DNA of 32,000 bases from Geobacter metallireducens GS-15 (GTDB lineage Bacteria; Desulfobacterota; Desulfuromonadia; Geobacterales; Geobacteraceae): positions 3,540,001-3,572,000 of the forward strand of contig NC_007517.1 of the NCBI RefSeq assembly GCF_000012925.1. The letters are read 5' to 3'. Positions within the stretch are counted from its first letter, which is position 1, and every line of letters begins with the position of its first letter. The notes beneath the pieces are model-generated. The model saw nothing but the letters and a program-made list of their open reading frames with translations, did not search any database and had not been told where the DNA came from. Of the stretch, positions 15,314-23,612 are shown piece by piece. The position numbers and the translations under genes are program-made.

Positions 15314-17878
15314 ATGGACTTCACCAAGGGAATGCACCGTTTTACCGTTGTCCCGTCGCTGACCGGCGAACTGGCCAGACTCCAGACCATCGCCTACAAC
15401 CTCTGGTGGACTTGGGAGCCCGAGGCGGTGGAGCTCTTCAAGCGGCTCGACATCGACCTCTGGCAGCAGACCCGCCACAACCCGGTGGAGATGCTCGGTA
15501 TCCTCCAGCAGACCACCCTCGACAAGCTCACCACCGACGAGGGATTCATGTCCCAATTGAAACAGGTGGATGAGAAGTTCCGGGAATACCTCTCGGCCAG
15601 GACCTGGTTCGAGCGGACCTGCAACGGCGGCAGGCCCATGTCCGTCGCTTACTTCTCCATGGAGTTCGGTATCCACGAGTCGCTCCCCACCTATTCGGGG
15701 GGACTCGGAATCCTGGCCGGCGACCACCTGAAGTCGGCCAGCGACCTGGGGATTCCCCTGGTAGGAGTCGGACTCCTCTACCGGCAGGGCTACTTCCGCC
15801 AGTACCTGAACATTGAGGGGTGGCAGCAGGAACTCTACCCCGAAAACGACTTCTACAACCTCCCCCTCACCCTGGAGCGGGATGCTTCCGGCGCCCCCCT
15901 GGCCGTGGAACTCAACATGCCAAGCCGCAAGGTGACGGCCCACATCTGGCGGGTTCAGGTGGGGCGGGTCCCCCTCTACCTCCTGGACACGAACCTGGAG
16001 GAGAACGCCCCCGAGGACCGGGAGATCACGGCCCAGCTCTACGGCGGCGACCTGGAGATGCGGATCCGGCAGGAGATCCTCCTGGGGATCGGCGGCATCC
16101 GGGCCCTCCACCTCCTTGGGATCACCCCCAACGTCTGCCACATGAACGAGGGGCACGCGGCGTTTCTGGCCCTGGAGCGGACCCGCCTCCTCATGGAAGA
16201 GCACGGCATCCGGTTCGCCGAGGCCATGGAGGCGGTGCGGGCCGGCAACGTTTTCACCACCCACACCCCGGTGGATGCCGGCATCGACCACTTTCCCCCC
16301 GATCTCCTAGAGAAGTACCTGGGGCGCTACTACCGCTTCCTGGGCCTCTCCCGGGACGAGTTCCTGGCCTTGGGACGGATCAACCCCAAGAACTCCCACG
16401 AAGCGTTCTGCATGGCGGTCCTGGCCCTCAAGCTGGCCGACCATGCCAACGGCGTCTCCCAGCTCCATGGCGAGGTGTCGCGGCTCATGTGGAAGAACCT
16501 CTGGCCCGAGCTCCCCGACGAACATATCCCCATCACCTCGGTCACCAACGGAGTCCACACCAAGACCTGGCTCTCCAACGAGATGGCGGGGCTCCTCACC
16601 CGGTACCTCGGCAACCGCTGGCGCGAGGACGCCACCGATCCCCTGCTCTGGAAGCGGGTCGCCCACATCCCCGAATCGGAGCTCTGGCGGACCCACGAAC
16701 GGTGCCGCGAGCGGCTCGTCCTCTTCGCCCGCCGCCGCCTCAAGGACCACCTGAAGCAGGTGGGGGCCACGGCAAAAGAGATCGCCCAGGCCGACGAGGT
16801 TCTTGACCCGGAAGCCCTCACCATTGGCTTTGCCCGCCGCTTCGCCACCTACAAGCGAGGGACCCTTCTCTTCCGGGACCTGGCGCGGCTGGAAAAAATC
16901 CTGGGGAGCACCGACCGGCCGGTGCAGATCATCTTTGCCGGCAAGGCCCACCCCCACGACACCGAAGGGAAGGAGCTGATCCGGGAGATCTTCCAGCATT
17001 CCCTCGACAGTCGGTTCCGGGGACGGATCGTCTTCATCGAGGACTACGACATGGCCGTGGCCCGGCACCTGGTCCAGGGGGTCGACGTCTGGCTCAACAC
17101 CCCCCGCCGCCCCCTGGAGGCCAGCGGCACCAGCGGCATGAAGGTGGCCTTCAACGGCGGCCTCAACATGAGCATCCTCGACGGCTGGTGGCCCGAGGGG
17201 TACCAGGGGAACAATGGCTGGGCCATCGGCAAAGGAGAGGTCTACGACGACCTCGATTACCAGAACGAAGTAGAGGGACGGGCCATCTATGACCTGCTGG
17301 AGAAAGAAGTGGTCCCCCTCTTCTACGACCGGGGCCCCGACGGCATCCCCCGCGGCTGGCTCGCCTTCATGAAGGCAAGCCTCCAGACCCTCTGCCCCCT
17401 TTTCAGCACCGAGCGGATGGTTCAGGAGTACACCAGGACCATGTACCGTCCCTCCTTCGCCCACTGGGAGATGCTCTCGGCGGACGGCCTGGCCCTGGCA
17501 GTGGATCTCGCCGGCTGGAAGGGGGATATCCGCCGCACCTGGCACCAGGTAAGGATTGCGGGGATCGAAGCCAAGACCCCCACCGAGGTCCCGTTGGGGG
17601 CGGTAATTCCGGTGACGGTGAACATTATCCTCGGCGACATCCCCCCCGACCAGCTTTCCGCGGATCTCTACTGCGGGGTCCTGGACTCCCGAGGGAACAT
17701 CGTCGGAGGAGAACTGGTTCCCCTTGCCTGGGAAGAAGCGACAGGGGACGGTGCCCACCGCTTCTACGGCGAGATCGAGAGCCGCTTCTGCGGCAGGCAC
17801 GGCTTCATGGTGCGGGTCATGCCCCGCCACCCGAAGCTGGGGCCGGTCTACGAGCAGGGAAGTATTGCGTGGGGGTGA
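15314..17878 (+). CDS. glgP: Alpha-glucan (glycogen/maltodextrin) phosphorylase, GT35, long N-terminal-domain type
   Basis: 854 aa. AYFSMEFG...GGLG.LAGDHLKSASDLG, TNGVH...W and the PLP-Lys region EASGTSGMK are phosphorylase signatures. Confidence 0.9.
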   Translation: MDFTKGMHRFTVVPSLTGELARLQTIAYNLWWTWEPEAVELFKRLDIDLWQQTRHNPVEMLGILQQTTLDKLTTDEGFMSQLKQVDEKFREYLSARTWFERTCNGGRPMSVAYFSMEFGIHESLPTYSGGLGILAGDHLKSASDLGIPLVGVGLLYRQGYFRQYLNIEGWQQELYPENDFYNLPLTLERDASGAPLAVELNMPSRKVTAHIWRVQVGRVPLYLLDTNLEENAPEDREITAQLYGGDLEMRIRQEILLGIGGIRALHLLGITPNVCHMNEGHAAFLALERTRLLMEEHGIRFAEAMEAVRAGNVFTTHTPVDAGIDHFPPDLLEKYLGRYYRFLGLSRDEFLALGRINPKNSHEAFCMAVLALKLADHANGVSQLHGEVSRLMWKNLWPELPDEHIPITSVTNGVHTKTWLSNEMAGLLTRYLGNRWREDATDPLLWKRVAHIPESELWRTHERCRERLVLFARRRLKDHLKQVGATAKEIAQADEVLDPEALTIGFARRFATYKRGTLLFRDLARLEKILGSTDRPVQIIFAGKAHPHDTEGKELIREIFQHSLDSRFRGRIVFIEDYDMAVARHLVQGVDVWLNTPRRPLEASGTSGMKVAFNGGLNMSILDGWWPEGYQGNNGWAIGKGEVYDDLDYQNEVEGRAIYDLLEKEVVPLFYDRGPDGIPRGWLAFMKASLQTLCPLFSTERMVQEYTRTMYRPSFAHWEMLSADGLALAVDLAGWKGDIRRTWHQVRIAGIEAKTPTEVPLGAVIPVTVNIILGDIPPDQLSADLYCGVLDSRGNIVGGELVPLAWEEATGDGAHRFYGEIESRFCGRHGFMVRVMPRHPKLGPVYEQGSIAWG

Positions 17879-17879
17879 A

Positions 17880-17918
17880 GACCGGGACCGGGGATCGGGG
17901 ATCGGAAACATCCCGGTC
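17880..17918 (+). repeat. Heptamer tract C (GGGACCG GGGATCG GGGATCG G) plus a short inverted arm, directly after the phosphorylase stop
   Basis: Read directly. GACCGGGA (17880-17887) is complementary to TCCCGGTC (17911-17918). Confidence 0.8.
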
Positions 17919-17974
17919 GCGCAGCCTGGGGTCTCTCCCTTCAAGTTTCTGCCGTTTCGGCCGATACGTATGAC

Positions 17975-19693
17975 ATGATCATCACCCAGGACATAGCCCG
18001 GATCGCCCAGGCCCTCCTCAAAGACACCACCGGTTCCCTGGTGGAGGCCACCTGGCAGTCCCTTACCCCCCTTAACCTCACGCCGGGACAGATGGTCCAC
18101 GGCGAGGTCATGGCGAACTTCGCCAACAGCCGCTACCTGGTGAGAATCGCCAACGAGCTCCTCCACATGGAGCTTCCCCTCAACCTCCAGCCGGGCCAGG
18201 CAGTGGAGCTCACCTACGTCACCGACGAGCCCCGGCTGGTCTTTTCCCTGTCGAAGTCGGGCAATTCCGCGACGCCCGTCCAGATCAGCGACACAGGGCG
18301 CTGGCTCAACACCCTGGCCCAGGGGACCGGCGGCACACAGGCCGCGAGCTCTCTCCCCCGCCCTTCCCTCGTAATCTCGGGCCCTCCCCGGGACCCGGCC
18401 CTCCTGGCCGAGGGGTTGAAGAACGTCCTCAGCCGGAGCGGAGTCTTCTACGAATCCCACCTGGCCCAGTGGGTGCAGGGGGAATATCCCCTTACCGACC
18501 TCCTCCGGGAGCCCCAGGGGCAACTCTCCCCCCTTGCCGGCCGGCTCCCGGCCGAGGGAAACGGGGCAACCACGACACTTCATGGCGTCCGGGTTTCTCC
18601 TGGCGAGACGCCACCGGCGCCGGCGCCTCCAGCTGTGACGCCAGGACTACCTCTCGAGGAAGGCGTCACTCCACCCCCCCCACGAACCATCGCGGAGGGG
18701 AGTCCGTCCGCACCAGGGAACGCCGCCCCCGACGCGGCACCCCGGCAGGGGGAAACTCCGCCCTCTCCCGACACCCCGAAAGGGGGCCAGACGACCTCAG
18801 CAGCGCCCCGAGACCCCCTTCCCCAAACGGCTATTTCGCCCCAGAACCAGCCCCAGGCCCCGGGACGGCCAGGAGCGCCTGCACCTCTCCCTGCGGAGCC
18901 TCAGGGAGGCGTGGCCACGACCTCACCAGACCCCGAGACCGTCGACGCACCGCCGGCCGCCCCGCAAAACGCAGCGGCACCGACCGGAGCCCCCCTGCCA
19001 AAATCTGTTGGTGAGGTTCCCGGTCAACAGCTTGCAACGACGGTTCTCCAGGGGGGGCAGCCACCTCAACCGCGGGACACCGTTGTCCCGAACCCTACGG
19101 AATTCGGGCACCCCGCCCCGGCATCATCACCGGACGCACGCCCCCAGACAGAAGGCCACCCACAGTCCCTCCTTAGGGACGGAGCAGCAGCCACATCCCC
19201 CGGCAGGGCGTCCTCTCCTCCCCCCCTCCCCGGAACGCCGGAGGGAGGAGCACGAGTTGTAATTCCCGGAGAGACCGCGCCAACCAGCCGGGGCGCAATG
19301 GGCCGGCTGGGGGAGCCACCGCCTCCCGCAGGCATTGAGTCCCAGACCATCCCCATCATCAAGGAGCAGCTCACCACCCTCACCACCGGCGTCTTCACCT
19401 GGTTCGGCCAGGCCTGGCCCGGCCAGGACATGGAATGGAAGGTGGAGGAGCGGGAGGCGGAAGGGGGTAAGGGGGAGCGGTCGTGGCTGACCGAGGTGGC
19501 CGTGGAGTTGCCAAGCCTGGGGGCTGTCCGGGCAACCCTCCGTGCGGGAAAGGAGGGGATCGGTGTGACCCTGGTTGCGGAAGACGGACGGACGGCGGAG
19601 ATTCTTGCGGCAGGGCAGAATGGCCTTGATGAGCGGTTCGACGCCGCAGGGCTGCGGCTCGGCGGTTTTACGGTGAGAGATGGATCACAGTGA
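17975..19693 (+). CDS. FliK-like (hook-length-control-like) protein with a long Pro-rich central region
   Basis: The C-terminal block VAVELPSLGAVRATLRAGKEGIGVTLVAEDGRTAEILAAGQNGLDERFDAAGLRLGGFTV resembles the FliK C-terminal (Flg_hook) domain. The SGVFYESHLAQW motif recurs in FliK-like proteins as I recall. About 250 aa are P/A/G/T-rich. The start has no clear SD and is uncertain. Confidence 0.6.
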   Translation: MIITQDIARIAQALLKDTTGSLVEATWQSLTPLNLTPGQMVHGEVMANFANSRYLVRIANELLHMELPLNLQPGQAVELTYVTDEPRLVFSLSKSGNSATPVQISDTGRWLNTLAQGTGGTQAASSLPRPSLVISGPPRDPALLAEGLKNVLSRSGVFYESHLAQWVQGEYPLTDLLREPQGQLSPLAGRLPAEGNGATTTLHGVRVSPGETPPAPAPPAVTPGLPLEEGVTPPPPRTIAEGSPSAPGNAAPDAAPRQGETPPSPDTPKGGQTTSAAPRDPLPQTAISPQNQPQAPGRPGAPAPLPAEPQGGVATTSPDPETVDAPPAAPQNAAAPTGAPLPKSVGEVPGQQLATTVLQGGQPPQPRDTVVPNPTEFGHPAPASSPDARPQTEGHPQSLLRDGAAATSPGRASSPPPLPGTPEGGARVVIPGETAPTSRGAMGRLGEPPPPAGIESQTIPIIKEQLTTLTTGVFTWFGQAWPGQDMEWKVEEREAEGGKGERSWLTEVAVELPSLGAVRATLRAGKEGIGVTLVAEDGRTAEILAAGQNGLDERFDAAGLRLGGFTVRDGSQ

Positions 19694-19964
19694 GCGGGAA
19701 AAAAAGGCGGTGGCCCTCTCCTACCGGGAGGGGCAGTATGCGCCGCAGGTGGTGGCAAAGGGGCACGGTGTGACCGCCGAGGCGATCATCGCCTGCGCCC
19801 GGGAGGCCGGTGTGTTCGTCCATGAGTCGCCGGCCCTTGTGAGCCAGCTCATGCAGGTGGACATCGACCACTACATCCCCCCCGAACTCTACCGGGCGGT
19901 GGCGGAGCTGCTCGCCTGGCTCTACTGGCTGGAGCAGGAGGAGGGACGCGACGGGAAACCGTGA
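19680..19964 (+). CDS. Stand-alone FlhB/EscU/YscU C-terminal-domain protein (YlqH-like)
   Basis: KKAVALSYREGQYAPQVVAKGHGVTAEAIIACAREAGVFVHESPALVSQLMQVDIDHYIPPELYRAVAELLAWLY aligns by eye with the post-NPTH part of FlhB-C. There is no TM domain and no NPTH motif. It overlaps the FliK-like gene by 14 nt. Confidence 0.8.
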   Translation: MDHSEREKKAVALSYREGQYAPQVVAKGHGVTAEAIIACAREAGVFVHESPALVSQLMQVDIDHYIPPELYRAVAELLAWLYWLEQEEGRDGKP

Positions 19965-20058
19965 CCTGGCGTGAGGCGGTCTTTTGTGTTGCCCGCGAGG
20001 GAAAAACCCGTTATTCTTCGGGGTCGTCTCTCACGATTCCAGAAAGAAAGACCGCTCG

Positions 20059-21303
20059 ATGCAACGCATAGTCCTCCTGCTGTTCATACTCGGCACGTCC
20101 CTCCTGGCGGCCTGTACCACCATGGTCCCCCGGGAGAAGCTCCCCTACCCTATCACCGACGCCAGCTTCGGCGACCCGGTCAAGGTGGTGACCATTCCGC
20201 TGCCGGTCATCGCCACAAGCCCCAACGAGGGGGCCATCCTCGGCGGGCTGACTGCCTTCCTCCTCCATAACGCCCGGGACGAGGTGAACACCCTCATCGC
20301 CCCCCAGGTGAACTACAACGCGAACTTCGGCACCACCTTTTCCCTCTACGGCGCCTTCTTTCCGCTCCCCAACCGGAATTGGGAGTTCAACCTCTCCACG
20401 TCCACCAAAGTCAACGAGGACTACGAAGTCAGGCTCCGGGACAAGACCTTTCTTGACGGCAAGCTGGAGACCAACGCCTTCATCTACAACTTCACCGACG
20501 GCTCGGCCCGGTTCTTTGGCTTCCAGTCGGACAGCAGAAAAGAGGACGAGACCAACTACGCCGACAAGGAATACGGCTTCACCCTGGGGGTCGGCTACGA
20601 CATCATCGACCACCTCCAACTGGTCGTCGGCGAGCGTTTCCGTCAGGTCTCCATCAGACGCGGCGCCGTTTCAAAACTCCCCTCCATCCGCGACCGCTTC
20701 ACCGACAGCCAGGTGCCGGGAATCAACGGTTTCACCGCCCATGCCCAGAAGCTCTCCCTCATCTACAACACCCTCGATTCCCGCGACATGCCCACCCGAG
20801 GGCTCTACGCCAAGGCAGCCATCGAAGGAAGCGCGGAGTTCCTTGGAAGCGACGCCAGCTACCGCCACTACGAGGCAGAACTCAAAGGGTATTTCCCCCT
20901 GAAGGAAGCCCGTTACATCACTGTGGCGCGGGTTGCCTACAACCAGACCCTGGGGAGCGACGTCCCCTTCCTGGAGCGGAGTATCCTCGGCGGCGAGTCC
21001 ACCCTGCGGGGGTACGGCCGCAACCGCTTCATCGATTCCAGCTACTTCCTCTGCAACCTGGAGGAGCGGATCCGTCTCTTCCGCTGGAGCGTCTTCGACG
21101 TAAACACCGACTGGGAAGTGGCTCCCTTCATCGACCTGGGGGCGGTGATGGAGTCCCTGGACAAAACCAGAAGCAAAAACTTCGAGTTCAACCCCGGCAT
21201 CGGTTTCCGGGCAGTGGTCCGCCCCAACATCGTGGGACGGGTCGACATCGGCGTCGGCAACGACGGGCCAGCGGTCTTCGTGGGGCTGGGGTATCCGTTC
21301 TAG
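20059..21303 (+). CDS. Omp85/BamA-superfamily beta-barrel (surface antigen D15-type) lipoprotein without obvious POTRA domains
   Basis: Signal peptide plus lipobox (LLLFILGTSLLAAC). Alternating beta-strand pattern with G/Y/F-rich motifs (LRGYG.NRF, GVGNDGPAVFVGLGYPF). The terminal Phe is typical of an OMP beta-signal. Confidence 0.7.
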   Translation: MQRIVLLLFILGTSLLAACTTMVPREKLPYPITDASFGDPVKVVTIPLPVIATSPNEGAILGGLTAFLLHNARDEVNTLIAPQVNYNANFGTTFSLYGAFFPLPNRNWEFNLSTSTKVNEDYEVRLRDKTFLDGKLETNAFIYNFTDGSARFFGFQSDSRKEDETNYADKEYGFTLGVGYDIIDHLQLVVGERFRQVSIRRGAVSKLPSIRDRFTDSQVPGINGFTAHAQKLSLIYNTLDSRDMPTRGLYAKAAIEGSAEFLGSDASYRHYEAELKGYFPLKEARYITVARVAYNQTLGSDVPFLERSILGGESTLRGYGRNRFIDSSYFLCNLEERIRLFRWSVFDVNTDWEVAPFIDLGAVMESLDKTRSKNFEFNPGIGFRAVVRPNIVGRVDIGVGNDGPAVFVGLGYPF

Positions 21304-22232
21304 ACCATCCTCCCACGATCCCGCATAACCGATCCCTGCCGTGTCACCCGCCGCGTCAGCTCGGCATCGACGGCATCAAGCACCTCCCCCTTCCGCAAGG
21401 ACCAATCCGGCGCCACCAGGTGGTCAGCGGGGGCATCCCCCACAAGGCGATGGATGACGATGCGGGGATCGAGCCGTTCCAGGAAATCGCAGACGATATC
21501 CACGTAGGCGTCCCGCTCCAGGCACCGCACCTCTCCCCGCCGGTACATCTCCTCAAGCACTGTCCCCTTCATCACGTGGAGCTGGTGAAGCTTCACCCCC
21601 TCCACGCCGAGTCCGTTCAGTATTTCAGCAGTTGCCAGCATCTCCTCCCGCGACTCCCCCGGCAGCCCCAGGATCACATGGGCGCAGACCCGGATTCCCC
21701 GCTCCCGGCTCCAGACCACGGCATCGGCAAAGGCGGCGAAGTCATGGCCCCGGTTGATGAGCGCCAAGGTCCGATCCAGGGGGGATTGAAGACCCAACTC
21801 CAGCCAGAAGTAGGTGCGGCGGGCATACCCGGCCAGGAGATCGAGAACCTCGGAGGGGAGGCAGTCGGGGCGGGTGCCGACGATGAGGCCAGCCACGTCG
21901 GACACTGCCAAGGCCTCTTCGTAGAGGAGGCGGAGCCGCTCCACGGGGGCGTAGGTGTTGGAGTAGGCCTGGAAGTAGGCGAGAAACTTCGCGGCGCCGT
22001 AACGGCGGGCGAGGAATTCCTTCCCATGGAGGAGCTGGCGGGTGACGGAGAGCTCGGGCCTGATGCCGAAGGAGCCGGACCCCTTGCCGCCGCAGAAAAT
22101 GCACCCACCGGTACCGACTGCGCCGTCCCGGTTGGGACAGGTGAAACCGGCATCCACCGAGATCCGCTGGACCCGGCAACCGAATATGTGGCGCAGCTCG
22201 TCGGAGAAGGCGGTATAGCGCCGCTCGGTCAC
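21300..22232 (-). CDS. Radical SAM protein, TIGR01212 (YhcC/YtqA-like) family
   Basis: CPNRDGAVGTGGCIFCG is the family-specific cluster motif. The GTG start overlaps the upstream stop (GTGA). Confidence 0.85.
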   Translation of the reverse strand: MTERRYTAFSDELRHIFGCRVQRISVDAGFTCPNRDGAVGTGGCIFCGGKGSGSFGIRPELSVTRQLLHGKEFLARRYGAAKFLAYFQAYSNTYAPVERLRLLYEEALAVSDVAGLIVGTRPDCLPSEVLDLLAGYARRTYFWLELGLQSPLDRTLALINRGHDFAAFADAVVWSRERGIRVCAHVILGLPGESREEMLATAEILNGLGVEGVKLHQLHVMKGTVLEEMYRRGEVRCLERDAYVDIVCDFLERLDPRIVIHRLVGDAPADHLVAPDWSLRKGEVLDAVDAELTRRVTRQGSVMRDRGRMV

Positions 22233-23176
22233 TTGACCACCTCGAAAACCTTCAGCTTATCGTTCCACGTATACCCCGCGCCGCTCCAGATGGTCTCGAT
22301 GGTCTTCCAGTCGAGGCCGAGACCCCTCATCTCTTCGCACAGGTAGTAGGCGGGCATGATCTCGTTGTCGTCAATCCTGCCGTCGCCATTGGTGTCGGCC
22401 CAGTGGCGGCCATTGACGACAATCCGCGCCGGACCGCCGATGATCCCCCGGCGGGTTGCCTTCCCGTGGCTCAGGATGACCTCTCCGCCAAAGTCGGCCT
22501 GGCTCCCCAGGAGAAGCGTCCGGGGCGCCGTGAGGGTATACGAAATGGTGACAGGACCGGTACCGCCGGGGGGGATGAGCCATTTCACCTCCCGTTCCCC
22601 CGCCTCTCCTGCCACCGGGGGATTGGAGGCAACAAACCGCCAGCCGGCAGGAATCCGCTCCTTGACGATGAATCCGCTCTTCTCTCCGTCGCGCCGGTCC
22701 ACCTTCACCTGAACCGGAACGAGCTGTCCCGGTGCTCCAAAGGGGGGGAGAACCCTGGTCGCCACCAGCTCGGCGGCGCCACGGCGCGAGAGGACGGCCC
22801 CCACAATCAAGGCGACCAGGAGGGTGCCAAGGCCCACGGCGAGGACAAGGGGCGCTAGACGCTGTTTCCGCGGCGACAGGAGCACGGGAACGGCTTCCGG
22901 CTCCGGTTCCGGCTCGGAAACCGGCTCCGGCTTGAGAATTTCCTCAAGGGAAACCTCCAGGGCCGTTGCCACCTTCTCGGCGTTGTCACGCTTGATGGTG
23001 GGGTAGCGGTTGTTCTCCCACCGGGAAATAGTGTCGGTGGTGACTCCCACCACGCTCGCCACGTAGAGCTGGGTCAGTTTCTTGGCTTCGCGTATCCTTT
23101 TAATGGCCGTACCGTCGATGGCGACGATCGGGGGCACACTCCGTTCGCGTTCACTCTTTTCGTCCTGGGTTTCCAT
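22229..23176 (-). CDS. Membrane-anchored XRE-family HTH regulator with an extracytoplasmic domain
   Basis: N-terminal HTH (IKRIREAKKLTQLYVASVVGVTTDTISRWENN), an acidic PEPEPE linker, one TM segment (LAPLVLAVGLGTLLVALIVGAVL), a ~190-aa C-terminal beta-rich domain, and a dockerin/EF-hand-like loop (DTNGDGRIDDNE). Confidence 0.8.
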   Translation of the reverse strand: METQDEKSERERSVPPIVAIDGTAIKRIREAKKLTQLYVASVVGVTTDTISRWENNRYPTIKRDNAEKVATALEVSLEEILKPEPVSEPEPEPEAVPVLLSPRKQRLAPLVLAVGLGTLLVALIVGAVLSRRGAAELVATRVLPPFGAPGQLVPVQVKVDRRDGEKSGFIVKERIPAGWRFVASNPPVAGEAGEREVKWLIPPGGTGPVTISYTLTAPRTLLLGSQADFGGEVILSHGKATRRGIIGGPARIVVNGRHWADTNGDGRIDDNEIMPAYYLCEEMRGLGLDWKTIETIWSGAGYTWNDKLKVFEVVK

Positions 23177-23248
23177 GGGGTGGCATTGTAGCAGGTTTTC
23201 CGAAAGTCACGGAAGCATTTTGCGTTCAGACGCCAGGTGCTCAGCCAC

Positions 23249-23264
23249 GGGCAAGAAACTTGCA
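23249..23264 (+). promoter_or_regulatory. Candidate sigma-54 (-24/-12) promoter upstream of the ppcC-like gene
   Basis: GGGCAAGAAACTTGCA compared with the consensus TGGCACG-N4-TTGCA. GG and GC have the correct spacing and the TTGCA element is perfect. It lies 61 nt upstream of ATG 23325. Confidence 0.4.
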
Positions 23265-23324
23265 GTACTGGATTCCCGTCCCGGGGTAATGCCCTGGGCA
23301 AAGCCTTCCTAAGGAGCTGACGCG

Positions 23325-23612
23325 ATGGAACGTAAAATTCATGCCGCAGCTGTGGTGGCCATACTGATCCTCGGTGCCGGAGCCGCCAGCGCCATCGAGA
23401 CCATTACCTTTCCGAACCGGATCGGCCAGGTGAGCTTCCCCCACAAGAAGCACCAGGATGCCCTGGGCCAGTGCCGGGGATGTCACGAAAAGGGACCGGG
23501 AGAGATCGACGGCTTCGACAAGGTGCTGGCCCACGGCAAAGGGTGCAAAGGGTGCCACGAAGCCATGAAGAGGGGACCGGTCCTCTGCAAGGGATGTCAC
23601 GGAGGTGGCTAA
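23325..23612 (+). CDS. ppcC: Periplasmic triheme cytochrome c7, PpcC-like
   Basis: Signal peptide, then three CxxCH motifs (CRGCH, CKGCH, CKGCH). The mature sequence IETITFPNRIGQVSFPHKKHQDALGQCRGCHEKGPGEIDGFDKV.AHGKGCKGCHE closely follows G. sulfurreducens PpcC as I recall it. Confidence 0.85.
   Translation: MERKIHAAAVVAILILGAGAASAIETITFPNRIGQVSFPHKKHQDALGQCRGCHEKGPGEIDGFDKVLAHGKGCKGCHEAMKRGPVLCKGCHGGG

Noticed and set aside
13641-17918. Heptamer tracts as a CRISPR-like array
   Set aside because: The units are 7 nt and directly tandem, with no spacers. The copies sit at gene boundaries in both orientations. No cas genes are present.
16307-18583. 758-aa minus-strand ORF
   Set aside because: It is antisense to the well-supported phosphorylase and FliK-like genes, and its composition is Gly/Pro/Arg/Val-rich, typical of high-GC antisense frames. 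The same reasoning applies to 15311-16291 (-), 12849-13736 (-) and 13746-14243 (-).
18469-19758. Alternative-frame and antisense ORFs in the Pro-rich region (18469-19014 +, 19066-19758 -)
   Set aside because: The repetitive GC-rich Pro/Ala coding sequence keeps several frames open. Only the 17975-19693 frame ends in a recognisable FliK-type domain.
23181-23196. TGGCATTGTAGCAGG as a sigma-54 promoter
   Set aside because: The GG-to-GC spacing is 3 nt too short. The complement reads as an extended -10 (TGCTACAAT) for the XRE gene instead.
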